From: Rhodospirillaceae bacterium
Lineage (GTDB): Bacteria > Pseudomonadota > Alphaproteobacteria > SHVZ01
Length of the DNA stretch: 64,000 bases
NCBI GenBank assembly: GCA_016792585.1
Contig: JAEULB010000165.1
Coordinates: forward strand, 4,337 to 68,336
Direction of reading: 5' to 3'
The first letter of the stretch is position 1. Every line of letters starts with the position of its first letter. The translations under genes and the position numbers were made by a program. Positions 9,159-17,231 of the stretch are shown piece by piece. The notes beneath the pieces are model-generated. The model saw nothing but the letters and a program-made list of their open reading frames with translations, was not told where the DNA came from and did not search any database.

Positions 9159-11201
9159 TTGGCCGGGCGGATCGTCACGAGGTTTCCGCGGAAGGTCCGC
9201 GAGGTCGAGAACGTCTGGATCCCGATGCGCGACGGCGCCAAGCTCGCCTGCCATCTCTGGATTCCAGCCGATGCCGAGAAGAACCCGGTACCGGCGATCG
9301 TCGAGTACATGCCGTATCGCAAGCGCGACCTGCTGAGGCTCCGCGACCAGCCGATCCATCACTACTTTGCCGGCCACGGATACGCGTGCCTGCGCGTCGA
9401 CACGCGCGGCGCTGGCGACTCCGACGGCGTGCTCGAGAACATGTGGACCGAGGAGGAGATCGACGACGGTCAGGATATCATCGCCTGGCTGACCAGGCAG
9501 TCCTGGTGCACCGGCAAGGTCGGCATGATCGGCAAGTCGTGGAGCGGATTCTCCGGCCTCCAGGCTGCCGCCCGCGCCCCCGACGCGCTGAAGGCAGTCG
9601 TCACCGTCTGCTCGGCCGAGGATCGTTACACCACGACGCTGCACTACACCGGCGGCGCGATGCTGACCGACAGCGTGTGGTGGGGCTCATCGATGCAGAT
9701 GTTCAATGCCATGCCGCCGGACCCGCAGACGCGTGGCAAGGACTGGGAGAAGGTCTGGAAGGCGCGCCTCAAGGGCAACAAGGCGATGATGTCGGACTGG
9801 CTCGATCACCAGCATCGCGACGCCTATTGGCGCGAGGGCTCGGTCGCGCCGCGCCTCGGCAAGTTCAAGGCGGCGGTCTACTCGGTCGGCGGCTGGGCCG
9901 ATTACCTCTCGCGCGCCGTCCCCCGCATCCTCTCGCAGATCCCGTCGCCCGGGCGCGGCCTGATCGGCCCCTGGGGGCACCAGTACCCGCAGGACGCGAC
10001 GCCCGGCCCGGCGATGGGCTTCCTGCAGGACTGCGTCCGCTGGTTCGACCGCTGGCTCAAGGACCAGAAGAACGGCATCGACAAGGAACCGCTGCTGCGC
10101 GTCTGGATGCAGGACTCGGTCAGGCCGTCGTCGGATTACGTGACGCGGCCCGGCCGCTGGGTCGCCGAACGCGCGTGGCCGTCACCGAGGATCAAGCCGA
10201 AGGTGCTGAGGCTGAATGCCGGCACGCTGGATGCGAAGCCAGCGAAGGAGGTGGCGCTGACGCACACCTCGCCGCAGTCGATCGGGCTCTGCTCGCCCGA
10301 ATGGCTCGGCGGCGGCGTGAAGGGCGAGCTGCCGCGCGACCAGCGCGAGGATGACGGACGCTCGCTGGTGTTCGACACGGTACCGCTGCAAGGGCGCACC
10401 GAGATCCTGGGAGAGACGGTGGTGACGCTGGAGCTCACGGTCGACAAACCGGTCGCCCATGTGATCGCGCGTCTCTGCGACGTGCATCCGGACGGTGCTT
10501 CGACCCGCGTCACCTTCGGCGTGCTGAACCTCTGCCATCGCACCGGCCACGACAAGCCGAAGGCGATGAAGCCCGGCCAGCGGACCAGGGTCGAGATCCG
10601 CATGCCGTCGGTGGCCTATGCCTTCCCGCCGGGACACAAGATTCGCATCGCGCTCTCCACGTCCTATTGGCCCATCATCTGGCCGGCGCCCGGACCGGTG
10701 CTGTTGACGGTCTTCTCAGGCAAGAGCCAGGTGGCGATACCGGTCCGCAAGCCCGATCCCAGGGACAAGTCACTGCCGGCCTTCGGCAAGCCGGAGAACG
10801 GCCCGCCGACGCCCTATACGATCTTCGAGGGCACGACGCTGCGCCGTTCGATCGAGCGCGATCCGATGTCCGGGCACACCACGGTGACGCTGGCGGGCAA
10901 GGGCGGCGGACTTCTCGGTCCAGTCGCGCACTACCGGATCGACCCGATCGGCACCGAGATGGCGCATTCGATCGAGAAGAAGCTCGATATCGACGACGAC
11001 GATCCGCTTTCGGCCCGCGCCGAGGTGCGCCAGATCATGGACATGGGCCGCAAAGGCTGGCGGGTCTCCATCAACGTCGGCACGGTGCTGACCTGCGATG
11101 CCAAGTACTTCTATGTCGAGGCCGACGCGACGGCATCGCTGAATGGCAGGAAGGTCAGCCAACGCCGCTGGTCGACGAAGCACCGGCGGAACCTGCTATA
11201 G
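9159..11201 (+). CDS. CocE/NonD family hydrolase (X-Pro dipeptidyl-peptidase S15-like), copy A
   Basis: 680 aa. TTG start preceded by a GAGGGGAGGGGA SD. Contains NPVPAIVEYMPYRKRD and the nucleophile elbow GKSWSG. Confidence 0.85.
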   Translation: MAGRIVTRFPRKVREVENVWIPMRDGAKLACHLWIPADAEKNPVPAIVEYMPYRKRDLLRLRDQPIHHYFAGHGYACLRVDTRGAGDSDGVLENMWTEEEIDDGQDIIAWLTRQSWCTGKVGMIGKSWSGFSGLQAAARAPDALKAVVTVCSAEDRYTTTLHYTGGAMLTDSVWWGSSMQMFNAMPPDPQTRGKDWEKVWKARLKGNKAMMSDWLDHQHRDAYWREGSVAPRLGKFKAAVYSVGGWADYLSRAVPRILSQIPSPGRGLIGPWGHQYPQDATPGPAMGFLQDCVRWFDRWLKDQKNGIDKEPLLRVWMQDSVRPSSDYVTRPGRWVAERAWPSPRIKPKVLRLNAGTLDAKPAKEVALTHTSPQSIGLCSPEWLGGGVKGELPRDQREDDGRSLVFDTVPLQGRTEILGETVVTLELTVDKPVAHVIARLCDVHPDGASTRVTFGVLNLCHRTGHDKPKAMKPGQRTRVEIRMPSVAYAFPPGHKIRIALSTSYWPIIWPAPGPVLLTVFSGKSQVAIPVRKPDPRDKSLPAFGKPENGPPTPYTIFEGTTLRRSIERDPMSGHTTVTLAGKGGGLLGPVAHYRIDPIGTEMAHSIEKKLDIDDDDPLSARAEVRQIMDMGRKGWRVSINVGTVLTCDAKYFYVEADATASLNGRKVSQRRWSTKHRRNLL

Positions 11202-11207
11202 GCGGCC

Positions 11208-11228
11208 CGCGGCCGGACTGCGGCCGCG
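11208..11228 (+). terminator. GC-rich hairpin after the operon (CGCGGCCG-gactg-CGGCCGCG); possible terminator
   Basis: 8-bp perfect stem starting 7 nt after the stop of CocE copy A. No T-tract follows. Confidence 0.35.
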
Positions 11229-11288
11229 ACCTGCGCGTTGAGGCCGGCACGCAGGCATTGCGGACGCTGATAAGTCCGGTAGATCGAT

Positions 11289-11306
11289 CCTCATAAGAAT
11301 ATGAGG
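11289..11306. promoter_or_regulatory. AT-rich palindrome CCTCATA-agaa-TATGAGG; candidate operator upstream of the ABC substrate-binding gene
   Basis: 7-bp perfect inverted arms in an otherwise GC-rich 260-bp spacer, about 160 nt upstream of ATG 11463. Confidence 0.3.
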
Positions 11307-11462
11307 CATGGCCGATCATCGAACGCCGCCCTAGACTTTTGATCGGAGGGGCAAAGTCCGGGCTCTCCTGAAGCGAAGCCCGGGTCGTGGCGACGGCAAA
11401 GCGTGCCGTCCTGGAGCCACGAACCGGCGCGACACCGGACGAGGTCAGCAGGGAGATCCGAC

Positions 11463-13010
11463 ATGAAGCCCACACGCATCCTGGCCGGTGCCGCTCTGGT
11501 CGCAGCGGTCTTGGCCGCCGGTTCCGCGCACGCCCAGAAGAAGGGTGGCGACATCACCGCGCTTCTCTATGCCGGCCTCAACAGCGTCGATCCGCACTTC
11601 ACCGGCACGTATCCCGCGCGCAGCATGATCCTGCCGATGTACGAGTCCTTGATGACGGTCGACGAGAATGGCGGGACGATCCCGCTGCTGGCCGAGAAGG
11701 CCGACATCTCGGCCGATGGCCTCACCTACACCTTCCCGCTCCGTAAGGGCGTCAAGTTCCACAACGGCAAGGAGATGACCTCCGCCGACGTCAAGGCGTC
11801 GATGGAGCGCTACGCCAAGATCAGCCCGGGCCGCGCCGCGATGGATCCAGTCGCCTCGTTCGAGGCGCCGGACAAGTACGTGTTCGTCATCAAGCTGAAG
11901 ACGCCGAGCGCCTCGTTCCTCGATCGTCTGGCGTCGCCGACGTCGCCTGCAACCATAATTCCCGAGGAAGAGGCGGCGAAGGAGGTCAACAAGACCGGCA
12001 ACATCTCGACGGGGCCGTTCCAGTTCGTCGAGTGGATCCCCGATAGCCACTTCCGCATCAAGCGCTTCGACGGCTTCGTCAAGCGCGACGTCCCCGGCGA
12101 GAAGATGACCGGCTATGGCGGACCGAAGACGGTCCACATCGACACCGTCACCTTCCGCGTCGTGACCGAGGCGTCCGCCCGCATCGCCGCGCTCGAGGCC
12201 GGCCAGGCGCACCTGGTCGAGGACGTGCCCGGTCCAGCGGCGGAGCGGCTCAAGAGCAACCCGAAGGTCAAGCTCTACGACATGCCGACCTTCCAGATGC
12301 CGGTGCTCTACTTGAACCACTCACTGGGGCCGACCAGCGACCTCAAGGTCCGCCAGGCGATCCAGGCGGCGGTCGACATGGAGGAGGCGATGGGTGCGGC
12401 CGCAGCCGGCGCGCCCTACGTGCTTCAGCACGCCTGGGTCTATCGCGGCCACGCGATGTATTCGGATGCCGGCAAGGCGCTCTACAACATCAATAACGTC
12501 GCCAAGGCAAAGGAGATCCTGAAAGGCTCCAGCTACAAAGGCGAGGAGATCGTCTTCAACGTCGGGAACCTCGGATTCATGACCCGGCTCGCGGTCGTGG
12601 TGCAGCAGGCGCTGAAGGAGACTGGCCTGAACGTCAAGGTCAACACGATGGACCTCGGCACGCTGTTCAGTATCTCCAACAAGGACGAGGCCTGGCACAT
12701 CACGACCTCGGGCTTCGGCTCGCAGCCCTTCCTCGGTCCCTACATGTACCAGCAGATCACCACGGGACCTGCGAACCTGGCGCGGCGCAAGGGCGACACC
12801 GCGCTCGAAGCCGCCTGGGCCAAGTTCGACGGCACGCGTGACATGGCCATCAAGCAGGCAGCCTGGAACGAGATCACCCAGCGCACCTATGACGAGGTCT
12901 ACTTCGTCAAGCTCGGCGACCTCGGCATGAAGTACGCGGCGGTCTCGAACCTCGCAGGCTTCCGCGCGTATCCCGGCTCGCTCCGCTTCTGGGACGCCTG
13001 GTTGGAATAG
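11463..13010 (+). CDS. ABC transporter substrate-binding protein, peptide/nickel family (family 5)
   Basis: ORF 11403..13010. Start at ATG 11463 gives the signal peptide MKPTRILAGAALVAAVLAAGSAHAQ. Followed by two Dpp/Opp-type permeases. Confidence 0.9.
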   Translation: MKPTRILAGAALVAAVLAAGSAHAQKKGGDITALLYAGLNSVDPHFTGTYPARSMILPMYESLMTVDENGGTIPLLAEKADISADGLTYTFPLRKGVKFHNGKEMTSADVKASMERYAKISPGRAAMDPVASFEAPDKYVFVIKLKTPSASFLDRLASPTSPATIIPEEEAAKEVNKTGNISTGPFQFVEWIPDSHFRIKRFDGFVKRDVPGEKMTGYGGPKTVHIDTVTFRVVTEASARIAALEAGQAHLVEDVPGPAAERLKSNPKVKLYDMPTFQMPVLYLNHSLGPTSDLKVRQAIQAAVDMEEAMGAAAAGAPYVLQHAWVYRGHAMYSDAGKALYNINNVAKAKEILKGSSYKGEEIVFNVGNLGFMTRLAVVVQQALKETGLNVKVNTMDLGTLFSISNKDEAWHITTSGFGSQPFLGPYMYQQITTGPANLARRKGDTALEAAWAKFDGTRDMAIKQAAWNEITQRTYDEVYFVKLGDLGMKYAAVSNLAGFRAYPGSLRFWDAWLE

Positions 13011-13039
13011 CGGCTAGGAGACGATCAGGGGGCCGGCCA

Positions 13040-13984
13040 ATGGGGCGGTACCTCGCTGGCCGACTTCTCTCGACGCTGATCGTCCTGGTCATCGTCAGCT
13101 TCATCTCGTTCTGCATCATGCAGATGGTGCCGGGCGACCCGGCGCTGGTCATGGCCGGCGCCGCGGCGCCGGCCGACGAGGTGCAACGCATCCGCGAGCA
13201 GTTCGGGCTCGACCAGCCCTTCCATGTGCAGATGCTCCGCTGGTACGCGGGACTGATCCAGGGCGATCTCGGCCAGTCGATCACGCTCAGCCGCTCGGTG
13301 GTCGCAGCGATCATCGAGCGCCTGCCATCGACCGTGGCGCTGGCCTGCTTCGCCTTCGTGCTGACCCTGGTCTTCGGCCTGGTCGCCGGCGTCGCCGCGG
13401 CGCTGAAGCAGGACAGCTGGATCGACCACGCGATCATGACGCTGGCGGTGGTCGGCGTTTCAGTGCCGAGCTTCTGGATCGGGCTGATCATGATCATCGG
13501 CTTCGCGGTCATGGTCGACTGGCTGCCGGCCGGCGGCTACATCACGATCGCCGAGAGTCCCGGCGGCTGGTTCAGGAGCCTGATCCTGCCGTCGATCGCA
13601 CTCGCCCTCCTGCAGATGGGGTTGCTCGCCCGCATCACCCGCGCCTCGATGATCGAGGTCCTGCGCCAGGACTTCGTCCGCACCGCCCAGGCCAAGGGCC
13701 TGCCGCGCTGGCTGGTGGTCGGCAAGCACGCCTTCATGAACGTGATGATCCCGGTCGTGACCGTGATCGGTATCGTCTTCAGCCTGCTGCTGTCGGGCTC
13801 GGTCGTGATCGAGACCGTCTTCTCGATCCCCGGCCTCGGCCGCCTGATGGCGACCTCTATCGTCACCCGCGACTATCCCGTGATCCAGGGAGCGCTGCTG
13901 ATCACGGCCGCGATGTTCGTCCTGATCAACCTCGCCGTCGACGTTCTCTATGCCTACCTTGACCCTCGCATCCACTACGACTGA
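13040..13984 (+). CDS. ABC transporter permease (DppB/OppB-like)
   Basis: 314 aa. N-terminus MGRYLAGRLLSTLIVLVIVSFISFCIMQMVPGDP is the canonical DppB-type start. Confidence 0.9.
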   Translation: MGRYLAGRLLSTLIVLVIVSFISFCIMQMVPGDPALVMAGAAAPADEVQRIREQFGLDQPFHVQMLRWYAGLIQGDLGQSITLSRSVVAAIIERLPSTVALACFAFVLTLVFGLVAGVAAALKQDSWIDHAIMTLAVVGVSVPSFWIGLIMIIGFAVMVDWLPAGGYITIAESPGGWFRSLILPSIALALLQMGLLARITRASMIEVLRQDFVRTAQAKGLPRWLVVGKHAFMNVMIPVVTVIGIVFSLLLSGSVVIETVFSIPGLGRLMATSIVTRDYPVIQGALLITAAMFVLINLAVDVLYAYLDPRIHYD

Positions 13985-14846
13985 GGCCGCCGCGCGCCGC
14001 TCGCGGTGGCGGAACAGCGCGATCTACCGGATCGCGCGGCATCGCATGGCGATGATCGGTCTCGTCTTCTGCGTCGCAGCCCTTCTGATGGCGCTGTTCG
14101 CCGACGTGCTGGCGACGCATCATCCGGAGCGGACGCGGATCCGCGACGCCTTCCAGGCGCCGTCGCCTGCGCATGTGCTCGGGGCCGACCATCTCGGCCG
14201 CGACATCTGGAGCCGCGTCGTTTTCGGCTCCCGGATCTCGATCGGCATCGGCGTCGCCACCGTGGTGCTGACCGGCGTGATCGGCGCCGCCTTCGGTCTC
14301 GTCTCGGGATACTTCCGCCAGCTCGACGATCCCCTGATGCGCGTGATGGACGCGTTGATGGCCTTTCCCGGAGTCATGCTCGCGGTCGCGGTGACAGCCG
14401 CTTTGGGTCCATCCGCCGTCAATGTCGTGATCGCGCTGACCGCGGTCTATGTGCCGCGAACGGCGCGGATCGTCCGCGCCTCGGTGCTGGTGGTGCGCGA
14501 GATGGACTACGTCCAGGCGGCCAAGGCGCTCGGCGCCGGCCATGCCCGCATCATCCTCCGCCACATCCTGCCGAACTCGCTGGGCCCGCTTGTGGTCCAG
14601 CTCACCTTTGTCTTTGCCTATGCGGTGCTGTCGGAGGCGGCCTTGAGCTTCCTCGGCATGGGGCCGCCGCCGCCGACGCCGACCTGGGGAAACATCATCT
14701 CCGACGGCCGCGACTATCTGAGAGAGGCGCCCTGGATCTGCCTCTATCCAGGGCTCGCGATCTCGGTCACCGTGCTCGGCCTGAATCTTCTCGGCGACGG
14801 ACTCCGCGACGTGCTCGATCCCAGGATGAAGGTGACGCAGGGCTAG
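13950..14846 (+). CDS. ABC transporter permease (DppC/OppC-like)
   Basis: 298 aa. WRNSAIYRIARHRMAMIGLV... matches the DppC-type N-terminus. The start is uncertain: ATG 13950 overlaps the upstream gene by 35 nt. Confidence 0.85.
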   Translation: MPTLTLASTTTEAAARRSRWRNSAIYRIARHRMAMIGLVFCVAALLMALFADVLATHHPERTRIRDAFQAPSPAHVLGADHLGRDIWSRVVFGSRISIGIGVATVVLTGVIGAAFGLVSGYFRQLDDPLMRVMDALMAFPGVMLAVAVTAALGPSAVNVVIALTAVYVPRTARIVRASVLVVREMDYVQAAKALGAGHARIILRHILPNSLGPLVVQLTFVFAYAVLSEAALSFLGMGPPPPTPTWGNIISDGRDYLREAPWICLYPGLAISVTVLGLNLLGDGLRDVLDPRMKVTQG

Positions 14847-15784
14847 AACTTCACCCGATCGCCGCCCTTGAGCTGCAGGATCTGGCGCGCCTCGTCCGGC
14901 GTCGCGATCTCGAGCGACAGTGTCTCCAGCACGTGGCGGATCTTCTTCACTTGGTCGGCATTGCTCTTCGCGAGCTCGCCCTTGCCGACATAGATCGAGT
15001 CTTCCATGCCGACACGGACGTTGCCGCCCATCATCGCACCCATGGTGCAGAGCGACATCTGGTGACGGCCGGCGGCGAGGATCGACCACTGGTAGTCGCC
15101 GAACAGCCGGTCGGCGGTACGCTTCATGTGCTGCAGATCTTCCGGGTGCGGGCCGATGCCGCCCAGGATGCCGAAAATTGTCTGCACGAACAGCGGCGGC
15201 TTGATCAGCTTGCGGTCGAGGAAATGCGCCAGCGTATAGAGGTGGCCGACGTCGTAGCATTCGCACTCGAAGCGCACGCCGTGACCCTCGCCCAAGTCCT
15301 TCATGAACCGCTCGATCTGGCCGAAGGTGTTGCTGACGATCGAGTCCTTGGTCTTCTCGAGGTAGGGCTTCTCCCAGGGGTGCTTCCAGTCCTTGATCTT
15401 GTCGGTGATCTGGAAGAGGCCGAAGTTCATCGAGCCCATGTTGAGCGAGCAGATCTCGGGGCTGGCGCGGAGCGGGGCGGCGAGCCGGTCCTCGATCGAC
15501 ATGCCGAGGCTGCCGCCGGTCGTGATGTTCACCACCACGTTTGAGGCCTGCTTGATCCGGGGCAGGAACTGCATGAACACGTTCGGATCCGGGGTTGGGC
15601 TCCCGTCCGGGTTGCGGGCATGCAGGTGGACGATGGCCGCGCCGGCTTCTGCCGCCGCGATCGAGTCGGCGGCGATCTGGTCCGGCGTGATCGGCAGATA
15701 GGGCGTCATCGTCGGGGTATGGATCGAGCCGGTGACGGCGCAGGTGATGATGACCTTGCGGCCGGCGGGCTTGGCGGTGCTCAT
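14843..15784 (-). CDS. 3-keto-5-aminohexanoate cleavage enzyme family (BKACE, DUF849)
   Basis: 313 aa. KVIITCAVTGSIHTPTMTPYLPITPDQIA...AAIVHLHARNP is the BKACE signature N-terminus. Confidence 0.85.
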   Translation of the reverse strand: MSTAKPAGRKVIITCAVTGSIHTPTMTPYLPITPDQIAADSIAAAEAGAAIVHLHARNPDGSPTPDPNVFMQFLPRIKQASNVVVNITTGGSLGMSIEDRLAAPLRASPEICSLNMGSMNFGLFQITDKIKDWKHPWEKPYLEKTKDSIVSNTFGQIERFMKDLGEGHGVRFECECYDVGHLYTLAHFLDRKLIKPPLFVQTIFGILGGIGPHPEDLQHMKRTADRLFGDYQWSILAAGRHQMSLCTMGAMMGGNVRVGMEDSIYVGKGELAKSNADQVKKIRHVLETLSLEIATPDEARQILQLKGGDRVKF

Positions 15785-15912
15785 CTCGGGGGCTCCACGT
15801 CTCGGGAAGGGCTCTTCGCCGTACAGGCTAGATGCTTTTTGACTTGCCCGTCCAACCTTCCCGGCTACCCTGCGAAATTGCTCCCCAAGCCCCTGCCAGA
15901 CGGAGATTGCTC

Positions 15913-17229
15913 ATGACCGCCGCCCGCTCGATCAACGCGGATGTCGCCGAGGCGCTGGAAGAGGCGAAGGCCAACTACGCCAAGGTCAACCCGAAGAGTC
16001 GGGCGGTCCATGCAAAGGCGCTGAAGAGCCTTCCCGGCGGCAACACCCGGACCGGCATCTTCTTCGACCCGTTCCCCATCGCCTGGGAGCGGGGAGAGGG
16101 CGCGCGGCTGTTCGATGCCGACGGCCACAGCTATGTCGACTTCATCTCGGAAGCGACCGCCGGCATCTACGGCCACAGCCATCCCGGCATCAAGAAGGCG
16201 ATCGAGGATCGTATGGCACTCGGCTGGAACCTCGGCGGCCACACTGCCCTCGAGAGCGAGCTCGCTGAGATCATCATCGACCGCTTCCCCTCGATCGAGC
16301 GGCTTCGCTTCGTCAATTCCGGGACCGAAGCCAACATGTTCAACGTCCAGGTTGCCCGCGTCGCGACCGGCCGGCCGGCGGTCATGGGCTTCAACGGCTG
16401 CTACCACGGCGGCTTCCTCACCTTCACCGCGGCGACCAATCCTCTGAACGTGCCGTTCGAGACCGTGGTCGGCAATTACAACGACGTCGAGGGCACGCGC
16501 GCCCTGATGGCGAAGAACGCCAGCCGCCTCGCCGCCGTGATCTTCGAGCCGATGCTGGGCGGCGGCGGCTGCATTCCGGCGACCCCTGAGTTCCTGAAGA
16601 TGCTGCGCGAGGAGTCGACGAAGCACGGCATCGTCATGATCATGGACGAGGTCATGACCTCGCGGCTGTCTTCCGGCGGCCTGCAGAAGCATACCGGCGT
16701 GATCCCGGACCTGACCTCGCTCGGCAAGTACATCGGCGGCGGACTTCCGGCCGGCGCCTTCGGCGGCAAGGCCGAGTTCCTCGATCGCTTCGATCCGCGC
16801 AAGTCCGACGCACTGCCGCATTCCGGCACCTACAACAACAACGTGATGACGCTCGCCTGCGGCATCGCCGGTCTCGGCAAGATCTACACCAAGGAAGCGG
16901 CGACGACCCTGAATGCCCGCGGCGACGGGCTCCGCAAGCGGCTCAGCGCCGTCTGCGACAAGGCCGGCGTCGGCATGCAGTTCCTCGGCATCGGCTCGAT
17001 GCTCGCCGTTCACATGCAGCGGGGCGACATCAAGACTCCCGAGCAGGCAGCCAAGGGCAATGCCAAGCTGCGCGAGCTCTTCTTCTTCGACCTGCTGGAG
17101 AAGGGAGTCCACGTCATGCCGAAGCGCGGCATGCTGGCGCTCTGCCTGCCGCTGACCGATGCCGATTTCGACACGCTGGTCGCCGCGGTCGAGGAGTTCG
17201 TCCAGGTCCGGCGCTCGCTGTTCGATTGA
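15913..17229 (+). CDS. Class-III (omega / GSA-aminomutase-like) PLP aminotransferase
   Basis: ORF 15832..17229. Start at ATG 15913 (SD GGAGA). Contains MDEVMTSRL and a SLGKYIGGG PLP-lysine region. Confidence 0.9.
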   Translation: MTAARSINADVAEALEEAKANYAKVNPKSRAVHAKALKSLPGGNTRTGIFFDPFPIAWERGEGARLFDADGHSYVDFISEATAGIYGHSHPGIKKAIEDRMALGWNLGGHTALESELAEIIIDRFPSIERLRFVNSGTEANMFNVQVARVATGRPAVMGFNGCYHGGFLTFTAATNPLNVPFETVVGNYNDVEGTRALMAKNASRLAAVIFEPMLGGGGCIPATPEFLKMLREESTKHGIVMIMDEVMTSRLSSGGLQKHTGVIPDLTSLGKYIGGGLPAGAFGGKAEFLDRFDPRKSDALPHSGTYNNNVMTLACGIAGLGKIYTKEAATTLNARGDGLRKRLSAVCDKAGVGMQFLGIGSMLAVHMQRGDIKTPEQAAKGNAKLRELFFFDLLEKGVHVMPKRGMLALCLPLTDADFDTLVAAVEEFVQVRRSLFD

Positions 17230-17231
17230 AC

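Noticed and set aside
1100-10637. Many 100-370-aa ORFs opposite or out of frame to the TRAP, HyuAB, aminoacylase and CocE genes (for example 1618..2550, 2010..3701, 2605..3720, 3656..5500, 6304..7344, 7544..8410, 9143..10354)
   Set aside because: Their composition is dominated by Arg, Asp, His, Gly, Pro and Ala, with no recognisable motifs. Each fully overlaps a gene with a strong family signature. This is the typical high-GC shadow ORF pattern. The same reasoning was applied to analogous ORFs throughout the window (for example 13926..15266, 14006..15544, 15865..17112, 17010..18449, 27540..28982, 29115..30365, 30184..31437, 40688..42130, 43582..44523, 47884..49416, 49734..51437, 53637..55709, 56828..58480, 58063..60219, 61203..62909, 62449..63885).
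11243-11265. Sigma-54-like GGCAC...TTGC motif in the spacer upstream of the ABC SBP gene
   Set aside because: The GG-to-GC spacing is 12 nt instead of the required 10 (that is, TGGCAC-N7-TTGC). No enhancer-binding-protein gene is nearby.
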